Shown here: piece after piece, positions 19,644 through 29,008 of the stretch | Layout: every line of letters starts with the position of its first letter | Position numbering within the stretch: position 1 is the stretch's first letter | Assembly (NCBI GenBank): GCA_965208905.1 | Contig: OZ242365.1 | Span: 320,001-384,000, forward strand | Direction of reading: 5' to 3' | DNA: 64,000 nucleotides | Source: Nitrosopumilaceae archaeon | GTDB taxonomy: Archaea > Thermoproteota > Nitrososphaeria > Nitrososphaerales > Nitrosopumilaceae | Notes under the pieces: model-generated | Told to the model about the DNA's origin: nothing | Database searches by the model: none | What the model saw: the letters and a program-made list of their open reading frames with translations, nothing else | Translations under genes and position numbers: made by a program

Positions 19644-21109
19644 GGGAATTATATACAAAAGTACACAACCCCAATTCTGAGAGTTAATGCCTGAACCACG
19701 GATCGCGTCCATACAACTCCCCTTAAATACCAGCATACCGTATTATATATTATGATACGAATAGTTAAGGTACCGCTACGGAGAGATGTGCGGTTCGCGG
19801 AGTGGGCGCACCGCACGAATCATGCGTCAAGATATGTGTACAACCGCGCCGTATCAGAGTATTTGTTTGGCGGCGAATACATGGAGAGGGTGGTAGTGGA
19901 CATCCTGCAGCCCTTTAAACTACCGGGCAAGCTGGATTTTACATCAGGTATGCTGGACGATGACTACCATACATATGATTTTGGGCCGTCAAAGAGGGCA
20001 TTAAAGTACGGCATGTTCAAGCAGCTTACGGAGTGGCGCGCTGAACATGCATGGGTATCTGACTTGCCTATGGTGTTTGGCAGGGGCGCCATACAGGATG
20101 CCTCCGTCGCATGTAGACGAGTTGTAGATGACAACTCCGGCCACGCGCCATACCGCCGCAAAGATGGCCGCATCATACTTAGTTCCGTTACACCGCCTGT
20201 ACGGAAAGATAGCCATACGGTACATATCCCCGGATATGGTATTGTAGAGACCGCCAATCCCATCAATGTATTATGGGACATGCGGTCATTCAAGATAGTT
20301 GATGTTACCAAACGGGTGGACAAGCATACCGTACAATCAGACCACATGTTTGAGCTGCATATTGCCATATATGAACCGATGGAACCGCACCGTACTACGG
20401 GTACAATACGGGGTGTCGATGTGGGAGGCAAGCACCTCGCCGTCACGGTAGATACGGACGGCAACGTTACAATACACAACACCCGCCATAGAGCAATCCT
20501 GCGGGAGATTGACGCTCTCAAGAGTTTGCGCGACCGCAAGACACGGCATGGCCGGAAGTGGCATATATTGAATGACCAAATAAAGCGGCTATACAGGAAG
20601 GCCAACAACATAGCTGCGAACACCATAAATCAGACGATTGTACAGATAACCAATGGTGTGGACGCAGTCGTGGTCGAATCGCTCTCCGTAAAGGATATGA
20701 CCACCCATGGCGGGAATTACAAACGCGCCATGAACCGTTCAATGCGGGAGAACCATGTTGGGGAGTTCCTGCGCAAGCTTGCGCAGTGGTGTGATATACA
20801 CAACATACCGCTGTTGGGGGCATCGGCCAAATATACGAGCCAGACGTGCCATGTGTGTGGGACGGTGGATGCCGAGTCGCGTATATCACGCGACAAATTC
20901 ATTTGCACTAATTGTACCAGGGTATTCCACGCGGATGTCAATGCCGCCTGGAATATTCTGTATAGGGCGGCGGGGAAGATCGTCCTAAGACGGCCAGGGC
21001 ACAAGGAGGACTACAAGCCAACACCTTCTATGCTCCACTGTATACAGAAAAGTCGTCAGAAAAGGCATGAGTGTACAGCCGAGGCTGTGTACTTTTGTAT
21101 ATAATTCCC
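19644..21109 (+). mobile_element. TnpB element B: 24-bp perfect TIR and 8-bp TSD
   Basis: TIR GGGAATTATATACAAAAGTACACA at 19644-19667 and its inverse at 21086-21109. TSD TTTCAAGA at 19636-19643 and 21110-21117. Confidence 0.93.
19752..21104 (+). CDS. tnpB: TnpB-like RNA-guided endonuclease (450 aa)
   Basis: SRYVYNRA, GVDVGGKHL / VVESLSV / HADVNAAWNI, CHVC...CTNC. Stop codon lies inside the right TIR. Confidence 0.92.
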   Translation: MIRIVKVPLRRDVRFAEWAHRTNHASRYVYNRAVSEYLFGGEYMERVVVDILQPFKLPGKLDFTSGMLDDDYHTYDFGPSKRALKYGMFKQLTEWRAEHAWVSDLPMVFGRGAIQDASVACRRVVDDNSGHAPYRRKDGRIILSSVTPPVRKDSHTVHIPGYGIVETANPINVLWDMRSFKIVDVTKRVDKHTVQSDHMFELHIAIYEPMEPHRTTGTIRGVDVGGKHLAVTVDTDGNVTIHNTRHRAILREIDALKSLRDRKTRHGRKWHILNDQIKRLYRKANNIAANTINQTIVQITNGVDAVVVESLSVKDMTTHGGNYKRAMNRSMRENHVGEFLRKLAQWCDIHNIPLLGASAKYTSQTCHVCGTVDAESRISRDKFICTNCTRVFHADVNAAWNILYRAAGKIVLRRPGHKEDYKPTPSMLHCIQKSRQKRHECTAEAVYFCI

Positions 21110-21111
21110 TT

Positions 21112-21381
21112 TCAAGATATTAGGAATATCAGATATATGGAACCGCCCATCAAGCTAAAGCCCAGGCCCATATATACAACCCGATTATTCTTGTCATATG
21201 TTGACTTCCAGAGTAGTACGCCTCCTAAAAGGCCCAAGAGCAGCACAAATACGCCGGCAATAAGCATGTCACCATCGGTACCAGATACTAGAGGCTGAAA
21301 AAGGCCTGACAACAGCATAAAGAATACTATCAAGTATACGTACTTGAAGGAGGATAATGATTTTGTTGTATTTTCAGGCAA
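21112..21381 (-). CDS. Small membrane protein
   Basis: 89 aa, 3 TM; stop codon lies within the TSD of element B. Confidence 0.7.
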   Translation of the reverse strand: MPENTTKSLSSFKYVYLIVFFMLLSGLFQPLVSGTDGDMLIAGVFVLLLGLLGGVLLWKSTYDKNNRVVYMGLGFSLMGGSIYLIFLIS

Positions 21382-21418
21382 CTACAAACAGTACGAACAA
21401 AAGTCGGTAATAAATTTA

Positions 21419-21790
21419 GGGAATTATATACGAAGTTAACGCCAATTGGTGTCAATCTTGTCTTGTCCTAGAGCCTTTGATAGTGGCGCGTATGGTGTTG
21501 CATCTCTTTCGAGATCAGCAGCTGCTGCCAAGTGTCTGCCGCCAACACCAACACCCCGCATATTGCCAGTCTTTTTTGGTTTGTACGACACTACTATGCA
21601 TTTGGTTATCTCCCCGCCAAGTAGGTATGATGAGACAGTGTTGTTGTAAACATACCATAAAATGTATGATTCGTGCGGACGGTCCACTCGTATAGTTTTG
21701 TGTTATGCTACAATCTTACCTTGTAGACCGTGTCATGGGTTCCTTTTAGAGGTGACTTTGTATATTGCGCTACTTTCGTGTATGATTCCC
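21419..21790 (-). mobile_element. Internally deleted (MITE-like) derivative of the GGGAATTATATAC TnpB family
   Basis: GGGAATTATATACGAAG at 21419, degenerate inverse TTTCGTGTATGATTCCC ending at 21790, TSD TAAATTTA at 21411-21418 and 21791-21798. Interior encodes YVYNNTVSSYLLGGE and GVGVGGRHLA, similar to TnpB B. Confidence 0.85.
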
Positions 21791-21795
21791 TAAAT

Positions 21796-23490
21796 TTACA
21801 TCATGCCGCCCATATCAGGCATACCACCCATGCCGGGCATTCCTCCCATACCACCCATACCAGGCATACCGCCTTCGGCTCCAGGTGGAGGTCCTGCAGA
21901 CTTTGCAGTGGTAATAACATCATCTATGCGCAATAGCATACAGGCAGCTTCGGTGGCAGCCATGACTACTTGTAGTTTGACAGAGAGTGGTTCAATAATC
22001 TCGCTCTCCTTCATATCAGAGACCGCAGCCTTTGTTACATCAATACCAACCCATCGCTCACCCTTCAAATGGCGGCTTCGTAGGGAGGTCAGTGTATCAA
22101 TGGGATCCATGCCTGCATTCTCTGCCAAAGCCAGTGGTATGGACTCCATGCTGTCGGCGAACTTTTCTGCAGCCAACTGTTCACGGCCATCTAACGTATT
22201 AGACCAATTCTGTAAGCTTGTGGCGACAAATGTCTCGGGAGCTCCACCCCCAGCCACAACTGATGGTCTTAGTGTAACGTCTCGAACCACCATCAACGCA
22301 TCATGTACAGAACGTTCTACTTCATCTACAACTCTTTGTGAGCCTCCCCGGAGCAGTATGGTAACGGATTTTGGATTGTCACAACCTCGTATAAAGACCC
22401 ACTTGTCTTCTTCAATCTTTTGTTCCTCAACAACTTCTGCTACGCCTAGCTTGACACTGGGCAAGTCGTCGAGATTGGTAACTATCTGTGTGCCGGTAGC
22501 CTTGGCTAACTTTGTCAAGTCACTCTCTTTGATACGACGTACTGCCAAGACACCTGCCTTTGCTAGATAGTGTTGAGCCATATCATCAATTCCTTTCTGG
22601 CACAAGACTACGTTGGCGCCGCTGCCAACAATCTTGTCAACCATGGACTTTAACATTCGGTTCTCTTCTTCCAAAAAGATCTTTATTTGTTGGGGGTTTG
22701 AGATGTTTATCTTGGCATCCGTCTCGGTCTTGTTTATCTCCAAAGCAGAGTTTAACAGTGCAATTCGGGCATTTGATACTCTGCGTGGCATTCCACCATG
22801 GACTATCTCTTTGTCCAAAACCACTCCCTTTACAATCTCAGAGTTTTTAATTGAGGCACCTGCCTTCTTCTCCACCTTTATATCATCAACATCTACCTTG
22901 TAATCACCATCATCTTTCTCTGTAACTGACATTACAGCTTGTACCACAATATCTGCGAGTTGATCTGAATCGCTCTTTACTAGTTTTGTTTGCATGGCAG
23001 TTCGTGCCACCTTCTTTAGAGTATCCACATCATCAGCAGACACAGTCTCGCTGATCTCAGCCAAGAAGGAACCTGCCTGCTTTGAGGCCTTTCTGTAGCC
23101 ATCCACAATTATGGTAGGGTGTACATCCTGATTAACCAAAACCTCAGCATTCTCCAATAGGGCACCTGCCAAGACCACTGCAGATGTAGTTCCATCACCC
23201 ACCTCATTATCGGTAGTCTTTGAGATCTCGACGAGCATCTTTGCGGCAGGGTGTTGTACATCTATCTCTTTGAGTATGGTGGCGCCATCATTGGTTATTG
23301 TGACATCGCCCAAAGAGTCCACCAACATCTTGTCCATTCCTCGAGGGCCTAGACTCGTACGTACTATCTCGGCGATTATCTTTGATGCTGCAATGTTGTT
23401 CTTGTGAGCATCACGTCCTTTTGTCTCAGTAGAACCATCTTTTAGTAGCACTACGGGCATCTTTCCCTGAGAAGCCATTTGTACACTCAT
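21796..23490 (-). CDS. ths: Thermosome (group II chaperonin) subunit
   Basis: [19 protein letters not shown]-repeat tail. Confidence 0.97.
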   Translation of the reverse strand: MSVQMASQGKMPVVLLKDGSTETKGRDAHKNNIAASKIIAEIVRTSLGPRGMDKMLVDSLGDVTITNDGATILKEIDVQHPAAKMLVEISKTTDNEVGDGTTSAVVLAGALLENAEVLVNQDVHPTIIVDGYRKASKQAGSFLAEISETVSADDVDTLKKVARTAMQTKLVKSDSDQLADIVVQAVMSVTEKDDGDYKVDVDDIKVEKKAGASIKNSEIVKGVVLDKEIVHGGMPRRVSNARIALLNSALEINKTETDAKINISNPQQIKIFLEEENRMLKSMVDKIVGSGANVVLCQKGIDDMAQHYLAKAGVLAVRRIKESDLTKLAKATGTQIVTNLDDLPSVKLGVAEVVEEQKIEEDKWVFIRGCDNPKSVTILLRGGSQRVVDEVERSVHDALMVVRDVTLRPSVVAGGGAPETFVATSLQNWSNTLDGREQLAAEKFADSMESIPLALAENAGMDPIDTLTSLRSRHLKGERWVGIDVTKAAVSDMKESEIIEPLSVKLQVVMAATEAACMLLRIDDVITTAKSAGPPPGAEGGMPGMGGMGGMPGMGGMPDMGGMM

Positions 23491-23641
23491 CGAAATTACC
23501 TTCTACAGGCCTCTTTTATATGTTCTGAAAAACGCATGCTTTCTTACATTTTATTATAAATTATGTATAGTATGTAATTTTTGTTGGGCAGATGTAATTA
23601 GTTGTAATCTGTTTTTATACATGACATAGTAACTTCAAACC

Positions 23642-24133
23642 ATGTATGATAAAGGACTTTTGATAGGTCGTTTTCAACCATTTCACAATGGACATATGCA
23701 TGCCATCAAGTATATCTTGGGTCAGGTCAGCCATCTGTTACTGGGAATTGGTAGTTCCAATCGCTCCATGGAGAGAGAAAATCCCTTTACTGCGAAAGAA
23801 CGCAAAGAGATGATACAGGGATCATTAACCCAACAACAACACGACAGAGTCACCATCTGTTTCATACCCGATGTGCAGAACCATATAAAGTGGATTGCCC
23901 TTATACAGCAGACCCTACCGCAGTTTGATGTTGTATTTACCAATGATGAGATTACACGTAGATTGTATACGCAGAAGAAGATGCCGGTGTGTAGTATACC
24001 GTTTCTGGACAGGGCGCATCTTTCAGGTACAAGTATACGCCATGGTATATCTGTTGGAGAGAGATGGCATCATCTTGTACCGCCCGGCACAGTGACAGTC
24101 GTAGAACCCTTACAAGATAGGATATGTGAGTAG
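23642..24133 (+). CDS. nadM: Nicotinamide-nucleotide adenylyltransferase
   Basis: GRFQPFHNGH, NPFTAKER, SGTSIR. Confidence 0.9.
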   Translation: MYDKGLLIGRFQPFHNGHMHAIKYILGQVSHLLLGIGSSNRSMERENPFTAKERKEMIQGSLTQQQHDRVTICFIPDVQNHIKWIALIQQTLPQFDVVFTNDEITRRLYTQKKMPVCSIPFLDRAHLSGTSIRHGISVGERWHHLVPPGTVTVVEPLQDRICE

Positions 24134-24241
24134 ATGATTCAACAAAGCCACAAGTGTAGTAGATTCTGGCTCAAACAATCTGCTTTTGGTCTATCGGAAA
24201 TTTCAACACTATAAATAGCGCTAAAATCAATTTACATTGAT

Positions 24242-25387
24242 TTGGAATATCTGGTAATGCTTCCTGGTCCCACCAATGTGCCAGAGAGAGTGGCAAGGGC
24301 CATGTATGTCCCCATGATTAATCACCGAAGTGCTGATTTTGTAGACTTGTACGTACCATGTATAGAGAAGACAAAACAGGTCTTCAAGACGGAGGGAGAT
24401 GCAGTCTGCCTCTCCGCGTCAGGAACAGGTGCGGTTGAAGCAAGTGTGGTAAATCTAGTTAAAAAGGGAGACAAGGTCATAGTACCAGTAAACGGAGAGT
24501 TCAGCAATCGCTTGGCTCAGATGATAGAGTGGGCCGGTGGTCAGACTATTCGCGTAGAGACCAAGCCGGGCGTTACTGCCACATTGGATCAAGTTCGTGA
24601 AGCCTTTGACAACAATCCAGATGTTAAGGCGTTCTATTGTGTGTGGAATGAGACCTCCACTGGTACAATGATAAAGTATCTAGATAGGATAAAGGATTTA
24701 ACCTCGCGCAATGATGCATTCTACGTTGTAGATGGCGTCTCCATTGTAGGGGGCGAAGAGTTAGAGATGGACAAATGGGGTGTCGACATAGCAATGACTG
24801 GTGCGCAGAAGGCATTCGCTGCCCCTCCAGGTATATCACCCATCTGTGTTAATGAACGTACTAAAAAGTACATGATGAATAATCCACCAGATACCATGTA
24901 CTTTAATCTGCCCCGTTACTTTAGATATTATGATGAGTCCAAACATACACCATTTACACCTGCCTTGCCACTCTTATACGCGTATAATGAGGCCATGGAC
25001 ATAATACTCGAGGAAGGTATTGACAATCGCATACAGCGACATAGAACCTGCTCGGCCGCCCTATACGCGGGATTGAGTGCCATTGGCCTTACGCCTTTTG
25101 CTAATGAGGACTCACGTTCCACTGTGGTCATTGCTTTAAACTATCTGCCGAATTTGGAGGATGCAACATTCAGAAATACATTGGCAAAAGAGTTTCGTGT
25201 GCTGGTGGCTGGTGGTTTTGGTAATCTGAAAGGCAAGGTCTTTCGTGTTGGCTGCATGGGAGAGGTACACAGATATCATGTCATGAGAACCATCTCGGCA
25301 ATATCGTCCACATTAGCCATGATGGGGTACGATACGGATCCTGAGGCTGGATTAAAAGTTGCCAGCCAAAAACTATCGGCATTATAA
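24242..25387 (+). CDS. Class V PLP aminotransferase (alanine-glyoxylate/serine-pyruvate family)
   Basis: PGPT, NETSTG, VDGVS, GAQKAFAAPPG. Confidence 0.92.
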   Translation: MEYLVMLPGPTNVPERVARAMYVPMINHRSADFVDLYVPCIEKTKQVFKTEGDAVCLSASGTGAVEASVVNLVKKGDKVIVPVNGEFSNRLAQMIEWAGGQTIRVETKPGVTATLDQVREAFDNNPDVKAFYCVWNETSTGTMIKYLDRIKDLTSRNDAFYVVDGVSIVGGEELEMDKWGVDIAMTGAQKAFAAPPGISPICVNERTKKYMMNNPPDTMYFNLPRYFRYYDESKHTPFTPALPLLYAYNEAMDIILEEGIDNRIQRHRTCSAALYAGLSAIGLTPFANEDSRSTVVIALNYLPNLEDATFRNTLAKEFRVLVAGGFGNLKGKVFRVGCMGEVHRYHVMRTISAISSTLAMMGYDTDPEAGLKVASQKLSAL

Positions 25388-25428
25388 GATTTAGACGTGG
25401 CCAAAATTGATTTAAAGGCAGTAATAGT

Positions 25429-25983
25429 ATGATGAGTGGTATAGACATACTGTTAGAGGACCATCGTCAGATAAGACGTTTGGGCCATGTCATTTTACAA
25501 TGTCATAAGCAGTTAGAGGCGGGTCATGACATACCCATAGATGACATGGAACTAATAGCAAGCATAATAGATGATTTTCTGGACTCAATACACTACTCCC
25601 GGGAGGAAGACTCTTACTTTCCGTGTGTGGCCAGCTATAATACACTAAACAGTGATATACGTAAACTCTTGATTGAGCATGAATTTTCCAGAAGGGTGTC
25701 TCGCCAGATATCCAGACATTTGGCAGCCTGGCGCGAGGGTCATGACTCCCGAGAGCCAGTAGGCCGCTACATGAAGGCGTATTGGATATATCTTAATGAT
25801 CACATGGATAAAGAGGAAAAGTTCTTTGAGGAGGCACAGAGACAACACATATCCAGAGAGGAGGGCCTGGAGATGTCTGCGCAGTTTCAAACTACAAAGG
25901 CTGCCATACAGTTGGATCGTATTCTAGATGATATATCATATCTGGAAGGCTGTAGCTGGTGTAAGGAATACCCCAAGAAATAA
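25429..25983 (+). CDS. Hemerythrin-domain protein
   Basis: EDH, HYSREE, IEHE, HMDKEE. Confidence 0.85.
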   Translation: MMSGIDILLEDHRQIRRLGHVILQCHKQLEAGHDIPIDDMELIASIIDDFLDSIHYSREEDSYFPCVASYNTLNSDIRKLLIEHEFSRRVSRQISRHLAAWREGHDSREPVGRYMKAYWIYLNDHMDKEEKFFEEAQRQHISREEGLEMSAQFQTTKAAIQLDRILDDISYLEGCSWCKEYPKK

Positions 25984-26009
25984 AAATCCCAGATTGTGTA
26001 ACTTCAACA

Positions 26010-26525
26010 ATGAAACCATTTGTAATATGGATGACCGGACTTCCGTGCTCGGGCAAAAGCACCATCGTCCGACATCTTCAAAAGGAGATACCCAACTTGG
26101 CCATGTTGGACGGTGATGAGTTACGGGAGTGGTTCTCTCCTCAGGACTTTTCAAAGGCAGGGCGGGACGAACATAACAGACGTGTTGCGCACTTGGCAAA
26201 GATGCTCCTAAAACACAAGGTACCTGCAATAGTATCTCTGGTATCACCCTACAGGGAGAATCGTGAAGTAGCCCGTCAAATAATAGACGCGGGGCCGGCA
26301 TTTGCTGAATGTTACGTGCGATGTTCTCTAGAGAAATGTGAAGAACGGGATGTAAAAGGCATGTACGCAAAGGCCAGACGAGGCGAGATAAAGGGTTTCA
26401 CAGGAATTGATGATCCGTATGAGGCGCCAGAGAGTCCAGATATTATAATAGATACAGAGTTAGATACTCTGGAAGCCAGCTCGGCTCAACTTGTCGACTT
26501 TTTGCGGGCACGTAATCTACTATAA
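26010..26525 (+). CDS. cysC: Adenylyl-sulfate kinase
   Basis: TGLPCSGKST, LDGD, RDVKGMY, FTGIDDPYEAP. Confidence 0.95.
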   Translation: MKPFVIWMTGLPCSGKSTIVRHLQKEIPNLAMLDGDELREWFSPQDFSKAGRDEHNRRVAHLAKMLLKHKVPAIVSLVSPYRENREVARQIIDAGPAFAECYVRCSLEKCEERDVKGMYAKARRGEIKGFTGIDDPYEAPESPDIIIDTELDTLEASSAQLVDFLRARNLL

Positions 26526-27304
26526 GACTTCACCATACAATCATGAAGATATCCGTTTGTAGCCAGTATGCCGTTTTGGTGGCAGACATCCGCCTGGTTA
26601 TACACAAGACGGCATCCTTGCATATCAGTCATCACACCGCCGGCCTCGTGTAGTATACAGTATGAAGCAGCTGTATCCCACTCTTTTATGCGGTTTGAGA
26701 ATGTAATGTATGCATCGGCCTCGCCGGAGCTTACCGCCATCACCTTGAGAGAACTTCCCTTGGACTGCAGACTCTTTACATGTAACTCCTCTATAAAATT
26801 ACGTTCAGATTCAGGGTTGTGGGTTCGTGATACAAGCACTCTGGACTGTAGTACGTTACTGATCTTGGATACTCCGATTCTGCTCCACATGCCCTTCTGA
26901 TACATCCAGGCACCTTGTCCTAACTCGGCCGCATATGTTAAGCCTTCATGAGGGGAGTCAATCACGCCCACCACCGGCACTCCATTCTTTACCAACGAGA
27001 CCATAACGGTAAATTCACCTGTGCGGTTTACAAACTCCGCAGTGCCATCTAAAGGGTCAACCACCCACACGTATTCAGCATCAAGACGGGATGCATCATC
27101 AGCACCCTCTTCGGTCAATATGGGATAATCTCCAGCTGTCAGTATATCGCTAATTATATCATTACTCTGTATGTCAGCATCTGTGACAGGCGAGTCATCA
27201 CTCTTTAACTCATATGTTATGGTTTTATCATACAGTCTCATAACTGCCTCTCCACCCTGTCTAGCAGCCTTTATCGCCAGCTGGGTATCTGCAGACCAAT
27301 TCAT
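26486..27304 (-). CDS. cysQ: 3'(2'),5'-bisphosphate nucleotidase
   Basis: SPVTDAD, WVVDPLDGT, EWDTAA. Confidence 0.9.
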   Translation of the reverse strand: MNWSADTQLAIKAARQGGEAVMRLYDKTITYELKSDDSPVTDADIQSNDIISDILTAGDYPILTEEGADDASRLDAEYVWVVDPLDGTAEFVNRTGEFTVMVSLVKNGVPVVGVIDSPHEGLTYAAELGQGAWMYQKGMWSRIGVSKISNVLQSRVLVSRTHNPESERNFIEELHVKSLQSKGSSLKVMAVSSGEADAYITFSNRIKEWDTAASYCILHEAGGVMTDMQGCRLVYNQADVCHQNGILATNGYLHDCMVKSYSRLRARKKSTS

Positions 27305-27507
27305 GTGGCCAACTCGGGTTTGAGCATCCAGACCACTGCTAACATTACAAATGGTATAGACACAATTCCGATTATGCCCAGTATGGTAAACACTTGAGAC
27401 TCTGGAATGTCAGGGTTCCCCACTACCCAAGGCAGAGGCAGTGTCACCACTACCCATATAACACCCAAGAGTATCAAAAGTCGTATCTTGCCTTTTTTGT
27501 TTAACAT
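27301..27507 (-). CDS. Small membrane protein
   Basis: 68 aa, 2 TM. Confidence 0.7.
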   Translation of the reverse strand: MLNKKGKIRLLILLGVIWVVVTLPLPWVVGNPDIPESQVFTILGIIGIVSIPFVMLAVVWMLKPELAT

Positions 27508-27578
27508 TATATTGTAGTCTCCATATACGCTTTAAAATCCATACCATGCGGCAGATAAACAAAAGTTTATGCATAATG

Positions 27579-27705
27579 GGTTCCTCTCGCAAAGACGGGT
27601 GGTGACGATAGTGTCTCGTATGATAGTCCCCAGTAAGGACACCGCGACAGACTGCGCAAAGTTTGGAAGTATGATAGGGGTTCATTTTAACGGCTTCGGC
27701 CCCTA
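27579..27705 (-). pseudogene. Truncated family-A TnpB remnant with right TIR
   Basis: GGTTCCTCTCGCAAAGACGGGTGGT at 27579 matches TIR A. Minus strand reads LGAEAVKMNPYHTSKLCAVCRGVLTGDYH vs LGVEALHMRPHNTSKLCAACRTPLTGAYH in TnpB A. Confidence 0.8.
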
Positions 27706-27828
27706 GTGTTTGTCCTTATTCCATACGTATTGCTTGCCGAGCCTATGTCTTAAATAGTGAACTGATTTCAGGATTATAGATCATAAATTTGTTTTAAAAA
27801 CATTTTTATAGTAAAAATTACCGGTAAA

Positions 27829-27999
27829 GGTTCTGGGAAATCAACGGGACATGACATGGAAGCCGCAGGTATCACTATCGAGGGCAATAGCAAGTACCTA
27901 ACCCTCATTCGAGCAGCCGCAGAATCAACATCTTAATCCCTCATTTTTTATGTCCCTAATTTCCCACTACATGTCATGTCCCGTTGATTTCCCAGAACC
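27829..27999 (+). mobile_element. 171-bp MITE derived from an IS6-like element
   Basis: Perfect 30-bp TIR GGTTCTGGGAAATCAACGGGACATGACATG (27829-27858 / 27970-27999), TSD CCGGTAAA (27821-27828 / 28000-28007). Interior reads EAAGITIEGNSKYLTLIRAAAES*. Confidence 0.9.
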
Positions 28000-28043
28000 C
28001 CGGTAAATATATCTTTTTAAGTAATTACAACGTATTAAGTATA

Positions 28044-28970
28044 GTGGTTGATACATATAATACCACACATCACGATCAAAGATGCCAATCCTCTACCTTC
28101 ATAACCGATTATGAGCGAGGGGAGGTCATCTGTAGTGTGTGTGGGGAAGTGATGGCAGTCTCTCTAACAGATGGAGCTCGTCCTGATCAACTATACACGT
28201 CCGAACAATTTATGAAACGGGCACAAAATGGCCCAACTTCATCTTTGGTGATGTATGATCAAGGACTCTCCACCGTTATTGGTACCAATAGAGACTCTGC
28301 TGGAAACGCCCTTTCGGTAAAATCAAAGTATGAGTTTAATCGGCTCCGTATGTGGGATAGACGAAGTAAGTCCCGCTCATCAGTCTCATTAAGTAAGGCC
28401 TTCACACTGTTAAACTCAATGAAGACAAAGCTGGCCATACCCGACAGTGTAGTGGAGAGGACCGCCTTCATATACCGCAAGGTGGTGGCTGCAAATCTGA
28501 CTCGGGGTAGAACCATAGCATCCTTGTTGACCGCGGCTTTGTATATTGCCTGTCGTGAGAGTGACATACCACGTACGCTAGATGAGTTAGTAGCCATATC
28601 AAATATAGAAAAGAAGGCACTCTTTCGGGACTTGTCGGTCATCTTAAAGCGTCTGGACATAACTTTGGGGCAGTACGATACATCCTCGTTTGTAGTGAAA
28701 CTGTCCAATAACATGAAACTCTCAGAGAAGACCAAGAGGATGGCATTAGAGATACTGCGACGTAGTAAGAAGAAGAGACTTACGGCAGGTAAGCATCCGG
28801 TAGCGATGGCCGCAGCATCAGTCTACATGTCCACATTATTGAATAATGAGAATATAACCCAGAGTTTACTATCCCGGAATGCTGGTGTCAGTGATGTAAC
28901 AATTCGTAGTAGTGTCAATCTAATACGTAACGCCTTAAACATTAAAGACAGCTTACCCGAGTATGCGTAG
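28044..28970 (+). CDS. tfb: Transcription initiation factor IIB paralog
   Basis: ERGEVICSVCG, DQGLST, cyclin repeats, GKHP, GVSDVTIR. GTG at 28044 chosen because the upstream ORF extension lies in the MITE. Confidence 0.92.
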   Translation: MVDTYNTTHHDQRCQSSTFITDYERGEVICSVCGEVMAVSLTDGARPDQLYTSEQFMKRAQNGPTSSLVMYDQGLSTVIGTNRDSAGNALSVKSKYEFNRLRMWDRRSKSRSSVSLSKAFTLLNSMKTKLAIPDSVVERTAFIYRKVVAANLTRGRTIASLLTAALYIACRESDIPRTLDELVAISNIEKKALFRDLSVILKRLDITLGQYDTSSFVVKLSNNMKLSEKTKRMALEILRRSKKKRLTAGKHPVAMAAASVYMSTLLNNENITQSLLSRNAGVSDVTIRSSVNLIRNALNIKDSLPEYA

Positions 28971-28980
28971 AGGGCGCATT

Positions 28981-28997
28981 ACCCCTTTTTTTTAAAA
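28981..28997 (+). terminator. Oligo-T archaeal terminator
   Basis: cccc followed by a T8 run just after the tfb stop, between convergent genes. Confidence 0.5.
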
Positions 28998-29008
28998 TGA
29001 AAAAATCG

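Noticed and set aside
21796-21900. GGM/PGM tandem repeats at the thermosome C-terminus
   Set aside because: Ordinary chaperonin tail.
21803-22570. Long antisense ORFs (for example 21803-22570 +, 19964-20626 -, 57415-57906 +)
   Set aside because: Shadow frames of well-supported genes, with no recognisable motifs.
27984-28043. TFIIB start at 27984
   Set aside because: Lies inside the MITE TIR; GTG 28044 follows a TATA-like box.
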